A DNA stretch of 53,824 bases, counting the filler, from Basidiobolus ranarum (lineage: Eukaryota): the NCBI GenBank assembly GCA_040143965.1. It is 4 parts of 4 records of this genome, joined end to end, with 100 filler letters (N's around TTAATTAATTAA, not from the genome) between each part and the next. Parts side by side here need not be neighbours in the genome. Positions count along the whole stretch, not along the records: positions 40,465 to 53,824 come from JASJQH010007364.1; 3 more parts are not named here. The stretch is one strand, 5' to 3'. The position numbers were made by a program, and so were the translations under genes. Within the stretch, counting starts at the first letter, position 1; every line of letters starts with the position of its first letter. The notes under the pieces were generated by a model, which did not search any database, was not told the DNA's origin, and saw only the letters and a program-made list of their open reading frames with translations. This document shows positions 53,431 to 53,824 of the stretch, one piece after another.

Positions 53431-53824
53431 TTAGGCTTCATCATGGGAGGCATGCTGACCATCAAGAGTATCTTTTTTAGGGGTTGGGTTGGACTCAACA
53501 CCGTTTGAATCGGAAGTAACATCAGTCGACTCATTTTTCTGAGAATCATCTACGTTCTGTTGAGTTGGCTCGATTGACTTGGCATCTTCAATATTGGTGG
53601 CCTGAGTGGAAACAGATGATGGAGCAATGATAACACTATCGGTTGTTTCTGAACTAGGTATGCTGTTGGTATCCTTAGGAGGCTCGATGTGTTCTTGAGC
53701 TTCGGAAGTGATAGGCACAGATTCTGTTTCAGTTCCATTAGAAACAGCATTCTGTGCTTGAGGCTCATCAACCTCCATAGAATCTTCATTGACAGACGGT
53801 ACTTCTGATTTATGTACGTCTTGA
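53431..53824 (-). CDS. 3' end of an unidentified gene (acidic, Ser/Thr-rich low-complexity tail), truncated by the window end
   Basis: Open frame from the window edge to the stop at 53431, with disordered-protein composition. Confidence 0.6.
   Translation of the reverse strand, partial: QDVHKSEVPSVNEDSMEVDEPQAQNAVSNGTETESVPITSEAQEHIEPPKDTNSIPSSETTDSVIIAPSSVSTQATNIEDAKSIEPTQQNVDDSQKNESTDVTSDSNGVESNPTPKKDTLDGQHASHDEA

Overview
This is AT-rich eukaryotic DNA from a fungus with many short GT-AG introns; an early-diverging lineage such as Zoopagomycota/Mucoromycota is my inference, not something the sequence proves. The window is not one locus. It is four pieces of 13402, 13385, 13377 and 13360 bp joined by identical artificial N44-TTAATTAATTAA-N44 spacers. 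Piece 1 holds ILV2, QCR8, a 5-hydroxyisourate hydrolase, a Cys-rich GPI protein and a coiled-coil protein with a CC1-box-like motif. Piece 2 holds stacked Ty1/copia 3' ends with LTRs, a small secreted Ser/Trp-repeat protein, an Egt2-like PLP lyase, a chitin deacetylase, two orphan genes, pICln/LOT5, a fasciclin protein and RACK1/ASC1 with an intronic U24-type snoRNA. Piece 3 holds succinyl-CoA ligase beta, an HDA1-like HDAC, ATG13 and a truncated IKS1-like kinase. Piece 4 holds decayed copia gag fragments, DAHP synthase, an RPD3-like HDAC, HIS3, MAD1 and a truncated gene. I cannot support any multi-gene novel system. The best leads are: (1) equal-loop hairpins enclosing the polypurine tract in two sequence-unrelated copia elements; (2) the secreted SSW-repeat protein; (3) a candidate fungal CC1-box dynein adaptor; (4) a U24 snoRNA with a replaced second guide; (5) half-tRNA(iMet) priming; (6) Gcn4-like and Tbf1-like promoter sites. 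Exon boundaries were read by eye.
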